A stretch of 63,470 nt of DNA, counting the filler. It is 7 parts of 7 records of this genome, joined end to end, with 100 filler letters (N's around TTAATTAATTAA, not from the genome) between each part and the next. Parts side by side here need not be neighbours in the genome. Positions count along the whole stretch, not along the records: positions 28,754 to 36,895 come from SRR20825010_2578; positions 36,996 to 49,207 come from SRR20825010_2585; 5 more parts are not named here. One strand, written 5' to 3'. This document shows positions 30,072 to 38,965 of the stretch, one piece after another. The notes below the pieces were generated by a model. The model was not told the DNA's origin. It worked only from the letters and a program-made list of their open reading frames with translations, and did no database searches. The position numbers and the translations under genes were made by a program. Every line of letters starts with the position of its first letter. Position 1 is the first letter of the stretch.

Positions 30072-32675
30072 ATGGAAGAAATCTCACAACCAACAGAAGA
30101 ATTAAAAACGCTTGAAACTGAAGTTAAAGCTTTTGCAAATGCTCAACCTTATTGGGCAAGATACCTTTGTTCTGAAATTTTAGCAGGTAATGAAATTACA
30201 GATACTATAATTGATTCAGCTTATTCTTATTTGCTCGAAAAAATAGGTCTTAAAGAAGAAACTGATAAGCCTGAGCTTTCTATTTCATACAACCCAAATG
30301 CCTCTGATGATTATAAAGAAAACCTGTCTTTTGACTCGCTTGCAAACGTTGAAGGAGTTAATGCCCTTACCGAAAATCAAACTATAGAGTTAACATCAAA
30401 TTTGACTATCATATATGGAACAAATGGAGCTGGGAAATCTGGTTATGTTCGCCTTTTAAAAAACGTTTTTTATTCCAAAGACAAGGCAAACATTCTTCCT
30501 AACATCAACATTGATTCCGGACACAAACCAATAGCAGCAACCTTTAATTTTTCTTCAGAGGGAACTAACATTCCTTTGAAATATCCTGATAACATCGGAA
30601 ATGGCATTTTTAATCAGTTTGCAATTTTTGACGGAGATATTGGGAAAAAACACCTTAGCTTAAGAAATGATTTTAGCTTCCGCCCTGCTGGACTGCAATT
30701 GTTTAATGAATTTAATGCTGCATTAGAGAAATTAAACGGCAAGCTAAATATTGAAATTCAATCTAAAAGTACTGCCAATCCCTTTGCAGATGATGACATT
30801 TTTCAAGGAGAATCTGAAATCAAAACATTGTTAATTCAGCTTTCGCATAATTCTAAACTTGAAGATTTAAATGCTCATTTACCTTATAATGAAGAGGAAA
30901 AAGCAAAGAAAGTTCAACTAGACAAAGAATATGATGATTTAAAAATTGCTTTAGCTCAAAAAGACAAAGCATCGAAAGAGTTGCAAACTATAAAAGCCCA
31001 ATTAGCAGCTCGAAAACAGACTTTAGTTAACACGAACACTTGGTTCGCTCAAGACCAACTAAATAGTGTAATTAAAGCAATCACTAATTGTAAAACCAAA
31101 GAGGATACAGCACAAAAAGAAGGCGTAGAAAAATTCAAAACCGATAAAATTGAAAATATTGGTTCTACAGAATGGAAACAATTCATTGAAGCGGCCGCAA
31201 AATTTGCTTCTACTCAAAACGAAGGTGAATACCCTTCACTTGGTGACAATTGCTTACTGTGTCAGCAAGCAATCAATGATGATGTTCCCAAAAGCTTAAT
31301 TAGCAGCTATTGGGCTTACATTAAAAGTGTTGCTGAACAAGAAGCAAAGACGGCCAAAGAAAAGCTTGCAAAGTTTAAAGCGGATTACGAAAAATTAAGT
31401 TTCAATCAATTTCCTGAAACAGACACTTTAGCCGTTTGGTTAAAGGACAGGTACGAAACGGTTTTAGCCAATTTAAAAGATGAACTAAAGAAACAGGAAA
31501 CATTAAGACAAACACTTGTATCAAACATCAATGACAAAAAGGATATTTTACAAGTTGAAGTACAATTAGATTTAAGTGCATTAGATGCCATAAGCAAAAC
31601 GGTAGATAAAGAAATTAAAGCATTTGAAGAAGATGAGCAAAATAAAAAACTTGGCGAACTGTTAAAAAAGAAAACTTATTTGGCTCATAAAGAAAAACTG
31701 GAAGCTCGATACCCAGATATTGAAACCCTACACAAGAACTTGATTTGGGTAAACAAAGCCAACCAGTTTAATAAAAGGTCAATAAAGAAATCATCTACAG
31801 ATACTGAAAAGAGACTTTCCGAAGAATATTTCAACAACGATTATATCAATGAATTTAATGACGAATGCGATAAATTAAATGGAAAGTTTGGAATTGAAAT
31901 AGATGCAAGAAGTTCAGATGCACAATCCAACCGCCAACTTTTTCTTAAAGGCGAAGACCCTTCTGCAATTTTAAGTGAGGGAGAACAAAAAGTAATTGCT
32001 CTGGCTGACTTTATTGCAGAAATCAACATTACCACAATTAACAGAGGAGTCATTCTTGACGACCCTGTTAACTCGCTTGATGAAGAACGGAAGAGTTTAA
32101 TTGCGAATAGGCTCGTTTCAATTTCAGAAACTAAACAAGTAATTATATTTACTCATGATTTAGTTTTTGTCTCCTGTCTTCTTAATTATGCTCAAGACAA
32201 ATCTTTAACTCACGAGTGCCATTGGATTGAAAATAGAAATGGTAACCCGGGTCAAGTTTGGTTAAGAAACTCACCTACATATGAAAAAATTTATCGTAAT
32301 GCTGAGCCAGTAAAGAAGCTATACTCCGAAGCGAATAAAACCGAGTGCCCTCCTGAACAGAGAGAGTTCCTAGTTAAAAGTGGATTCACAGCATTACGTA
32401 CCTGCTATGAGGTTTTAGTAATTAATGACTTGTTTAAAAATGTTGTTCAGCGATACAATGAACGTGTAAGCGTTGATAGTCTTTCCAGTGTCTATTTTGA
32501 CGAAGAATTAACAAACGAACTTCTTGACAGTTTTGCTCAATGTTGCAGATACATGGAAGGCCATACGCATAGTGATAAATATGCTTACATGAAACCAGAA
32601 CCTTCAAACCTTAATGAAGAAATTCAAAGATATGAAGCGTTAAGAAGTAAAATTCGAAAATTTAAAAAGAAATAA
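30072..32675 (+). CDS. Rad50/RloC-like ABC ATPase with zinc hook and C-terminal HEPN-like domain (putative anti-phage nuclease)
   Basis: Walker A GTNGAGKS, coiled coil with CLLC, signature LSEGE, Walker B/D-loop ILDDPVNSLD, H-switch FTHD, C-terminal LRTCYE and RYMEGH (Rx4H). Confidence 0.75.
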   Translation: MEEISQPTEELKTLETEVKAFANAQPYWARYLCSEILAGNEITDTIIDSAYSYLLEKIGLKEETDKPELSISYNPNASDDYKENLSFDSLANVEGVNALTENQTIELTSNLTIIYGTNGAGKSGYVRLLKNVFYSKDKANILPNINIDSGHKPIAATFNFSSEGTNIPLKYPDNIGNGIFNQFAIFDGDIGKKHLSLRNDFSFRPAGLQLFNEFNAALEKLNGKLNIEIQSKSTANPFADDDIFQGESEIKTLLIQLSHNSKLEDLNAHLPYNEEEKAKKVQLDKEYDDLKIALAQKDKASKELQTIKAQLAARKQTLVNTNTWFAQDQLNSVIKAITNCKTKEDTAQKEGVEKFKTDKIENIGSTEWKQFIEAAAKFASTQNEGEYPSLGDNCLLCQQAINDDVPKSLISSYWAYIKSVAEQEAKTAKEKLAKFKADYEKLSFNQFPETDTLAVWLKDRYETVLANLKDELKKQETLRQTLVSNINDKKDILQVEVQLDLSALDAISKTVDKEIKAFEEDEQNKKLGELLKKKTYLAHKEKLEARYPDIETLHKNLIWVNKANQFNKRSIKKSSTDTEKRLSEEYFNNDYINEFNDECDKLNGKFGIEIDARSSDAQSNRQLFLKGEDPSAILSEGEQKVIALADFIAEINITTINRGVILDDPVNSLDEERKSLIANRLVSISETKQVIIFTHDLVFVSCLLNYAQDKSLTHECHWIENRNGNPGQVWLRNSPTYEKIYRNAEPVKKLYSEANKTECPPEQREFLVKSGFTALRTCYEVLVINDLFKNVVQRYNERVSVDSLSSVYFDEELTNELLDSFAQCCRYMEGHTHSDKYAYMKPEPSNLNEEIQRYEALRSKIRKFKKK

Positions 32676-32682
32676 AGCCAGC

Positions 32683-32741
32683 ATACAACAACACCTAAAC
32701 GCAATGCCCTACGGGACACTGCCATAGCCAAAATGTTGTAC
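32683..32741 (+). other. attC-like (59-bp) recombination site
   Basis: R'' ATACAAC, 5-nt spacer, L''-like CTAAACGC, central CCC-TAC-GGG hairpin, L'-like GCCATAG, R' GTTGTAC; begins 7 nt after the ATPase stop. Confidence 0.6.
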
Positions 32742-32762
32742 CTCATGCTAAAAAAGAACCTG

Positions 32763-33419
32763 ATGATAATAAAGCAAATCATAGTACAATTTGATACAGA
32801 CTCTAGGAGAGGGTTTGATGAACACGATATCAGTTCCGCATTAAGAAAACTTGTCCCAGAAGATAAATCACAAATTGATGACACACTTAAGGCTGAGTTA
32901 ATGGCCTTTGATTTTGCTGAGGATTATCAAGATAAAAAGACTGGATGGGGAACTTATTTTGGGCCTATGATGGTCTGGAACAATGGAGATGGCACAGCAA
33001 CAGAATCACCATCAATCAAACTAATCACTCCAGAGATGATTGATTATTGGGAAAAAAGGGCTACTGAATGTGTAAATCCAATAATAATAGCACGCTACAG
33101 CGGATTAGTTTGGGACTTCAAGAATAAAATTACAGGAATAAATCCACCACATGAGATTTGCCGAATATATACAAAAGCTTTAATTGATCAGGCCAATGGC
33201 GATTTTCATAAATATGAGGTTAATACCTTTCGGAAACTGGCACGAGCGTTAAAACTGTCGATTAGCCTTAATGACGATGATTTAATCAAGAAATGTAAAG
33301 ATTCCCTAATCAATTTTGAAAATAGGCACTCGCAAGATACTAAGTCTAGCGTATATTGCACCAAATTGAAACAAAGTCATTCATTTTCAATTGATTATAC
33401 GATTCTACATTTTCTTTAA
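32763..33419 (+). pseudogene. Truncated N-terminal part of a DUF4209-associated (DUF7380-like) protein
   Basis: WGTYFGPM...YWEKRA...ARYSGLVWDF pattern recalled for this family. The coding character degrades after ...SQDTK (~33344) into the non-coding integrase flank. Confidence 0.55.
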
Positions 33420-33448
33420 TATCATCTAATATCAATTGATTTCAACAT

Positions 33449-33557
33449 TTGTTGTACCTATGTTGTACCTGAAAAGAACAATAATTTCGTATCTTTATGG
33501 TGTACTTAGGTAAAGGAATACATTCAAAATGGAATGTTGTACCTATGTTGTACCTGA
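33449..33557 (+). repeat. Two tandem pairs of (A)TGTTGTACCT direct repeats, probable integrase arm-type sites
   Basis: TGTTGTACCTATGTTGTACCTGA identical at 33450-33472 and 33535-33557; degenerate ATGGTGTACTT at 33497. Confidence 0.8.
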
Positions 33558-33587
33558 TTTGACTTTCGTACTCAAAACAGGTCAATT

Positions 33588-34802
33588 ATGTCATCAAACG
33601 CAAAGATAGTTCTACGTAAAAAACCAAACAGTAAAGGGCTTTACCCATTAGCTGTTCGAATTACAAAAAATCGTCGTTCAACATATCAATATATAGGTCA
33701 TTATATTGACATAGAGGATTGGGACGAAAAAAATATTCGAGTAAGAAAGTCTAATTCAAATGCTGATAGTTTAAACAAGTTGCTATCACAGGAACTCTCG
33801 AACGCCAATAAAGCACTTATTGACTTACAATCCGAGCATAAAGATGCATCTGCCAACCAAATCAAAAAAGAGATATATGCCTCGGGAAACTCTGCTACCT
33901 TTTTTGAACTAGCACAAGAGCATCTGGACGAATTGGAAATCGCCGAAAAATTAAACCGCTTATCTACGGATAGTGCTTTGGTTAGCTATATCATAAAGTT
34001 TAATAAATCAAAACAGTTGGCTTTTCAGGAAATTAACGAACGCTTCCTAAAAAAGCTGATGATATATTTGAAAGCCAAACACGAACTTTCAGAAACATCA
34101 GTAATGAACATCTTAGTCCTCATTAGGTTGTTGTTCAACAGAGCTATTAAGCTCAAAATAGTTAGTAGGGAATTATATCCTTTTGGTGGTGACAAGATTA
34201 AAATTAAGTTTCCAGAAACAAGCAAAGTCGGGTTGAATATTATTGAAGTAAGAGCCATAGAAGCTCTTGAGAATTTAACTTTGAGTGAAATACACACTCG
34301 AAATGTCTGGCTCTTTAGTTTTAATTTTGCCGGAATGCGAGTTACCGATGTATTGTGGACAAAGTGGTCTGACATATACGACAAAAGGTTGCATTATAGA
34401 ATGAACAAAAACTCAAAATTACTATCATTAAAAATTCCAGATAAGGTTTTCAAAATTTTAGATTATTACAAAGAAGACAAAAGATATGCAACCGATTTTG
34501 TTTTTCCCGAATTGAAAAAAGCGAATCTCGATGATGCAAAAGATGTCTATAACAAGAGAAAGACAGCTACCAAGAAATTTAATGACAACTTAAAATCTAT
34601 AGCTAAAAAGGCGAAAATTGATAAGAAAATTACAATGCATATTGCGAGGCATACCTTTGGCAATATTGCTGGTGATACCATCCATCCCTTTATGCTGCAA
34701 AAATTGTATCGTCATAGCGATTTAAAAACCACATTGAACTATCAAGCTAATTTTATTCACAAAGAAGCAGATGATGCTTTGGATAGTGTGGTAAATTTTT
34801 GA
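33588..34802 (+). CDS. Tyrosine integrase, Bacteroidota type (arm-binding + SAM-like + catalytic domains)
   Basis: N-terminal YPLAVRITKNR arm domain; catalytic GMRVTD, HIARH, YRHS, LNY. Confidence 0.92.
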   Translation: MSSNAKIVLRKKPNSKGLYPLAVRITKNRRSTYQYIGHYIDIEDWDEKNIRVRKSNSNADSLNKLLSQELSNANKALIDLQSEHKDASANQIKKEIYASGNSATFFELAQEHLDELEIAEKLNRLSTDSALVSYIIKFNKSKQLAFQEINERFLKKLMIYLKAKHELSETSVMNILVLIRLLFNRAIKLKIVSRELYPFGGDKIKIKFPETSKVGLNIIEVRAIEALENLTLSEIHTRNVWLFSFNFAGMRVTDVLWTKWSDIYDKRLHYRMNKNSKLLSLKIPDKVFKILDYYKEDKRYATDFVFPELKKANLDDAKDVYNKRKTATKKFNDNLKSIAKKAKIDKKITMHIARHTFGNIAGDTIHPFMLQKLYRHSDLKTTLNYQANFIHKEADDALDSVVNF

Positions 34803-34887
34803 ACTATTATCAGCCATCTGCAAATATTTTAAAGTCATATTTCAACATATTCAATTGCCATTCCCTTACCTTTACCAACATAATTTT

Positions 34888-35799
34888 ATGTTTATGGTGT
34901 TAAAGGTTAAATGGACTGAATTTAAAAGTAGTCTTGAAAATTTTCAGTCCGAAGGAAATGCGCTTATTAAAAAATATAAAGCAGCAAGAACTGAGGATTT
35001 ATTAAATGAATTGAAAGAGGAAAAACAATCGTGGGAAAGCGATGTAATCAGTTATGTAAAGGCTTCTTTTGACCCTGAACACACCAATTTTGCATACGAG
35101 TTTAAGGCTCAACAAGGATATAATTTCGGAATGAAATTAGGTATCGACCAAAGAGTCAAAAACACTATTCAAACCATTAAAGATGAAATTAATGGGCTTG
35201 ATTACTATTTAAAAATATTATTCATTTCAGATGCTATTGTGCGAGCTGATGACATTGATTTAGAAGAGCGTAAAAACCTTGATACCGAAGGCATTCTTGA
35301 TCTTATACTTTCTAAACTATATGAACTGTATAATGATGGGAAATACTATTCTATTAAGTGGATTCTTGAAGGTAACGGCCTAAAGTTAGGTGGGCGTAGC
35401 GAAGATTGGGACTATGGTAGAATGCTTGAAGAACGAGGCCTTATTGAGACTATGAATGGTCGTGAGGTAAATGCCAAACTAAAACTTGAGGGAAAGTATG
35501 CCATTGAACAAGCCAGAAAATCCCAAGTGCCCGACTACTCAAAAATTAGCGATTCTGATGAAGAATTAAAAACACTTCTCAAAGAGGTACTTGCCGAAGT
35601 TAAAAGATCAGGATATGGTCAGCAAATCATCTTCGATGAGTTTGATGAGCTGCGCAAAGACATTCCGCATCTTAGCAAAAAATCGTTTGGTCAGTTATTA
35701 AAATCAAAACTTGGCGATTTGGTCGCAGCCAAAGCCTTTGACAAAGCTATCGCCAGCGACATATTCAAACAATTTACTAACCAAATATTTCCATTTTAA
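34888..35799 (+). CDS. Hypothetical protein with a winged-helix-like central segment
   Basis: Long ORF; ILSKLYEL...LEERGLIE...LKLEGKYAIE resembles a wHTH. Confidence 0.7.
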   Translation: MFMVLKVKWTEFKSSLENFQSEGNALIKKYKAARTEDLLNELKEEKQSWESDVISYVKASFDPEHTNFAYEFKAQQGYNFGMKLGIDQRVKNTIQTIKDEINGLDYYLKILFISDAIVRADDIDLEERKNLDTEGILDLILSKLYELYNDGKYYSIKWILEGNGLKLGGRSEDWDYGRMLEERGLIETMNGREVNAKLKLEGKYAIEQARKSQVPDYSKISDSDEELKTLLKEVLAEVKRSGYGQQIIFDEFDELRKDIPHLSKKSFGQLLKSKLGDLVAAKAFDKAIASDIFKQFTNQIFPF

Positions 35800-35802
35800 C
35801 GT

Positions 35803-36582
35803 ATGAGAATATGGGCAGGTATTAAAAATAGAATAGTTCAATTCTTCCGAAAAGAACCACCACCAGAATATGAGGTGACAGAATATGTGTTTTCGGATAG
35901 ACAACCTCTTGATGGTTCTTCGACCATTTCATTTTTCGTAAACAATCCCAAGCCAGATGTAAGTGTTACCAGAACTTTTGATAGCGAAGACCAAGCCGTT
36001 AATTGGCTTATGGAAAATCGAGATTTCAAAAAGATGTTATTTAGTAATGTATTTCCATCCGCAAATTCGGTGAAATACCAATGTGGCGTTAAAGAACCTA
36101 TCACAATCCCAAACAAAATGCCAGGGGATATTGACATTCTTCTGTATGAACAAGGAAAGGAACAAAATGCGGTTGGAATAGAATGTAAAATAGTAAAAAC
36201 CGAATCGCTTGAAAATCAACCACCAAAAATAAACAAGATTACAAGCGTTCAAAAAAAGGGAACTATTCAGGCAAATGGATATACCGAAATTGGATTCAAC
36301 AGGGTTTATCTGCTAATCATACTATTGGATGATGGCCGGCATTACAAAAACCCCAATGTTATGTTCAGAACTACACCTTTTAAATGGTTGAAAGAATTGT
36401 ATGGTTTTGACTGGCAAACCCGAATGAGTGATGATATTGGAATTATTTACGTTCACATAAATCAATTTACTACTAACCATATAAATCAGACCAAAGGATT
36501 GGGATTGCGTGTAGAACGTGAAGCAATACCAATTTTACAACCTGAAGAACTAACTGATAAAATCAAAAAACTGGATTCATAG
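35803..36582 (+). CDS. Putative PD-(D/E)xK nuclease
   Basis: GDIDIL...GIECK plus downstream QANGY (QxxxY); 3 nt from the upstream stop. Confidence 0.6.
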   Translation: MRIWAGIKNRIVQFFRKEPPPEYEVTEYVFSDRQPLDGSSTISFFVNNPKPDVSVTRTFDSEDQAVNWLMENRDFKKMLFSNVFPSANSVKYQCGVKEPITIPNKMPGDIDILLYEQGKEQNAVGIECKIVKTESLENQPPKINKITSVQKKGTIQANGYTEIGFNRVYLLIILLDDGRHYKNPNVMFRTTPFKWLKELYGFDWQTRMSDDIGIIYVHINQFTTNHINQTKGLGLRVEREAIPILQPEELTDKIKKLDS

Positions 36583-36588
36583 GATAAT

Positions 36589-36681
36589 TTGAAACGTAAA
36601 GGAACTTGCAGGATATGCGGAAATCATAGTAAACTAACGTTTGAGCACGTTACACGAGAGTGTAAACTGAACTCTCTATAG
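36589..36681 (+). pseudogene. Truncated HNH-endonuclease-like N-terminus
   Basis: Not in the ORF track. TTG start reads MKRKGTCRICGNHSKLTFEHV, then stops after 30 aa. Confidence 0.55.
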
Positions 36682-36699
36682 TTTGCCTGATTCATTTTC

Positions 36700-36894
36700 T
36701 CAAGTGCTCGGTTCTTGCCTAAAACATTCCACCAACATCCCATAAAGTTCTGGATGTTTTCTTTTTAGTAAATCCGCTCGTTCAAAAAAATACTCTGAAG
36801 CAACCGCAAAGAATTCAGCTTGATTTGTTCCACCATATTTACGAATATCTGAATGGTTATCGTTAATCGCTTCCATTTCTTTATGGATTAAGTT
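36700..36894 (-). CDS. Zinc-dependent peptidase M90 (MtfA-like), C-terminal fragment
   Basis: Reads ...IRKYGGTNQAEFFAVASEYFFERADLLKRKHPELY...*; cut by the spacer. Confidence 0.85.
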   Translation of the reverse strand, partial: NLIHKEMEAINDNHSDIRKYGGTNQAEFFAVASEYFFERADLLKRKHPELYGMLVECFRQEPST

Positions 36895-36895
36895 T

Positions 36896-36995
36896 NNNNN
36901 NNNNNNNNNNNNNNNNNNNNNNNNNNNNNNNNNNNNNNNTTAATTAATTAANNNNNNNNNNNNNNNNNNNNNNNNNNNNNNNNNNNNNNNNNNNN
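36896..36995. other. Artificial contig spacer
   Basis: N44-TTAATTAATTAA-N44. Confidence 0.99.
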
Positions 36996-36997
36996 AC

Positions 36998-37579
36998 TGT
37001 GAACAGGTATACAAGATTGTAAAGGATTTAAGAGATTCAGGAAATAAAACATGTTACGGAATCGCCGATTGGGATTTAAAAAACGTAGAAAAGAACTTTA
37101 CTGTTGTTCATGGCCTAGACAAACGCTACAGTATTGAAAATTATATTATGGATCCTCTTTACATTATTTGCCTATTGAATGAACTGGGCAATGCAAACGG
37201 GATAAAATCTAAAATTGGTATCCCAGAAATCTACAATGAATATTCAATTGGAAAAGAACCAATTGAAAGATTACAACATTTCATCATGGTTTTTTTCAAT
37301 GAATTTGAAAATGAATTTCCTGCTTACAAATATGAAAGTCCCAAAAAGACAATTAAATATTTTAATGGGAAGGAAATTGAAATCCCAGAATGGTATCTAG
37401 AAATGAAAGGACATGAAATAGTGGACAAACTAAAAAAAGTGTTCTCAGCTCTTGATAAATTTAAGAATGAAGGAGAGATTCAAAAAGCGGTAACCCAAAT
37501 AATAGTTAAGTGCTATCCTTTTGTTCCTATGGATACTATTGAAACATTAAATAAAATTGGAGAAAAAACGTCCCAATAA
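36998..37579 (+). CDS. C-terminal TOPRIM-like (OLD/DUF4435-type) domain, 5' truncated
   Basis: Frame is open back to the spacer: CEQV...YGIADWD...RYSIENYI (DxD and ENY motifs). Confidence 0.65.
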   Translation, partial: CEQVYKIVKDLRDSGNKTCYGIADWDLKNVEKNFTVVHGLDKRYSIENYIMDPLYIICLLNELGNANGIKSKIGIPEIYNEYSIGKEPIERLQHFIMVFFNEFENEFPAYKYESPKKTIKYFNGKEIEIPEWYLEMKGHEIVDKLKKVFSALDKFKNEGEIQKAVTQIIVKCYPFVPMDTIETLNKIGEKTSQ

Positions 37580-37633
37580 CTACCCAATAAATATTTAAAA
37601 TAACTGATTATCAATATATTAAAAAATATAATT

Positions 37634-37651
37634 AACCCTGCCGCGGTCACA
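37634..37651 (+). mobile_element. tRNA 3'-end-like fragment, probable att site at an island boundary
   Basis: AACCCTGCCGCGGTCACA resembles a T-arm/acceptor 3' end. It is preceded by IHF-like TAACTGATTATCAA and followed by a terminator; no full tRNA is present. Confidence 0.55.
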
Positions 37652-37658
37652 GACAAAT

Positions 37659-37692
37659 AAAAAAACGCCGAGGCTTTGCTTCGGCGTTTTTT
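37659..37692. terminator. Bidirectional intrinsic terminator
   Basis: AAAAAACGCCGA-GGCTTTGCT-TCGGCGTTTTTT. Confidence 0.8.
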
Positions 37693-37718
37693 GTTATCCA
37701 TATTTTCCACTACAACAA

Positions 37719-38159
37719 TTAGTACGTTAGGACATTATAGCCCTTCGCCTGTAACTGAAGTACCCGTACAGTCCATGTGGCAACAGGTTCCATGCCCGAA
37801 ATTAATTGGTCTTCAGAAACCCCCAATTTTTTCATGGCCACGCTGCATACACTCACTCGAACTTTTCCCTTATACTTTTGGTACAAGTCTTCCAACTCAG
37901 AACCTTTCACCAAGTTCTTCACGAATTTACCCTTTGCAACAATTTCATAATCGGTAATCTCCACACCGCTTGCCAAAAGTTTATCATACAAATGCAACAC
38001 CCCTCTAAAATGCCGCTCTTCACTGACACCAAAAGCAAATTGCTTTGATTTTTGTAGGTCCGATACAATTTCTGCATCAAACTTTTCCTGTGCAACGAGC
38101 ATAGGTCCCGAAAAAACGGTCAGGATTGTTAAAATAATGGTGTAAAGAAATGGTTTCAT
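37719..38159 (-). CDS. Secreted DsrE-like protein
   Basis: Signal peptide; VSVCSVAMKKLGV and LQAKGY. Confidence 0.65.
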   Translation of the reverse strand: MKPFLYTIILTILTVFSGPMLVAQEKFDAEIVSDLQKSKQFAFGVSEERHFRGVLHLYDKLLASGVEITDYEIVAKGKFVKNLVKGSELEDLYQKYKGKVRVSVCSVAMKKLGVSEDQLISGMEPVATWTVRVLQLQAKGYNVLTY

Positions 38160-38211
38160 GTTATACTGTTTTGAGTTGCTCTTTAAAAATACAATTACTG
38201 TTTTAAATAAT

Positions 38212-38814
38212 CTATTTCTGTAATGAATCCAACACGTGTTGGGCTTCTTTCAAATCGAGTTGAAGTTTTTGGTTCTCCAATATATACTGTTCACGCAATT
38301 GCTCCATTCTGCGTTCAAATTCATCTGCGGGAACATACTCAGGTTTTAAAAGTGTTTCATTAAAAATACTGATGAGGGTAAACAAAAAACTGACTGCAAC
38401 CGCCGAAATCAATCCCATAAGCATCAGTTTTTCACGTTTTAAGTCGGGTGTAGCTTTTTTGATTTGCTTTTTCTCCTCCTTTGTCAGTTTTGGCATTCCC
38501 GACAGTTGTCCAAGGAAGGTATCCCACTTTTCCTCTTCTTTTACATAAAGATTCATAAATCCGCCCTCCTCTAAAAAGTCCTCTGTGCTCGAAGTGGATG
38601 CCAACATAAATATATCCAATCCGTTACCTCCCATAACATCTAAAAGAGTGGAGTCATAAGCTAGGATTTCCCGTACCAGTTTCTGGACATATTCCAAACT
38701 GTAATTGGGCCTCAAAAATTCGTCGTACAGGGTATATATTTGAAAGTAGTCGCTCCGCTCGAGAGCATATTCCAAAAAACGGTCTTTCAATTCAGCCTTA
38801 AAGAATTCACTCAT
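38212..38814 (-). CDS. Hypothetical membrane-anchored protein
   Basis: 200 aa, one TM near the C-terminus followed by a coiled coil. Confidence 0.7.
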   Translation of the reverse strand: MSEFFKAELKDRFLEYALERSDYFQIYTLYDEFLRPNYSLEYVQKLVREILAYDSTLLDVMGGNGLDIFMLASTSSTEDFLEEGGFMNLYVKEEEKWDTFLGQLSGMPKLTKEEKKQIKKATPDLKREKLMLMGLISAVAVSFLFTLISIFNETLLKPEYVPADEFERRMEQLREQYILENQKLQLDLKEAQHVLDSLQK

Positions 38815-38965
38815 TTTTAAAAATGGGCGGTTTATGGTTGGTTTTGGTCGTTAGGCTAAATGTAAAGAAATGGGGAATCAGTAGAGTTAGGTCAGGATAA
38901 AAAATTCATAAACTTTGCTGTTAGGATGTTGGTTTTCTCTAATAAAATGTGTGGGATATGCTAAG

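Noticed and set aside
33342-33363. tRNA 3' fragment ending GCACCA at the truncation point
   Set aside because: Spacing from the putative T-loop to CCA is 2 nt too long, and the acceptor strand is implausibly AT-rich.
33449-33557. Possible mini-CRISPR (23-bp repeat twice)
   Set aside because: Only two copies, each itself a tandem 11-mer, with a 62-nt gap and no cas genes; fits integrase arm sites better.
33588-34802. Integrase as an integron IntI
   Set aside because: It has an N-terminal arm-binding domain, no recognisable IntI-specific insertion, and sits downstream in the same orientation as the cassettes.
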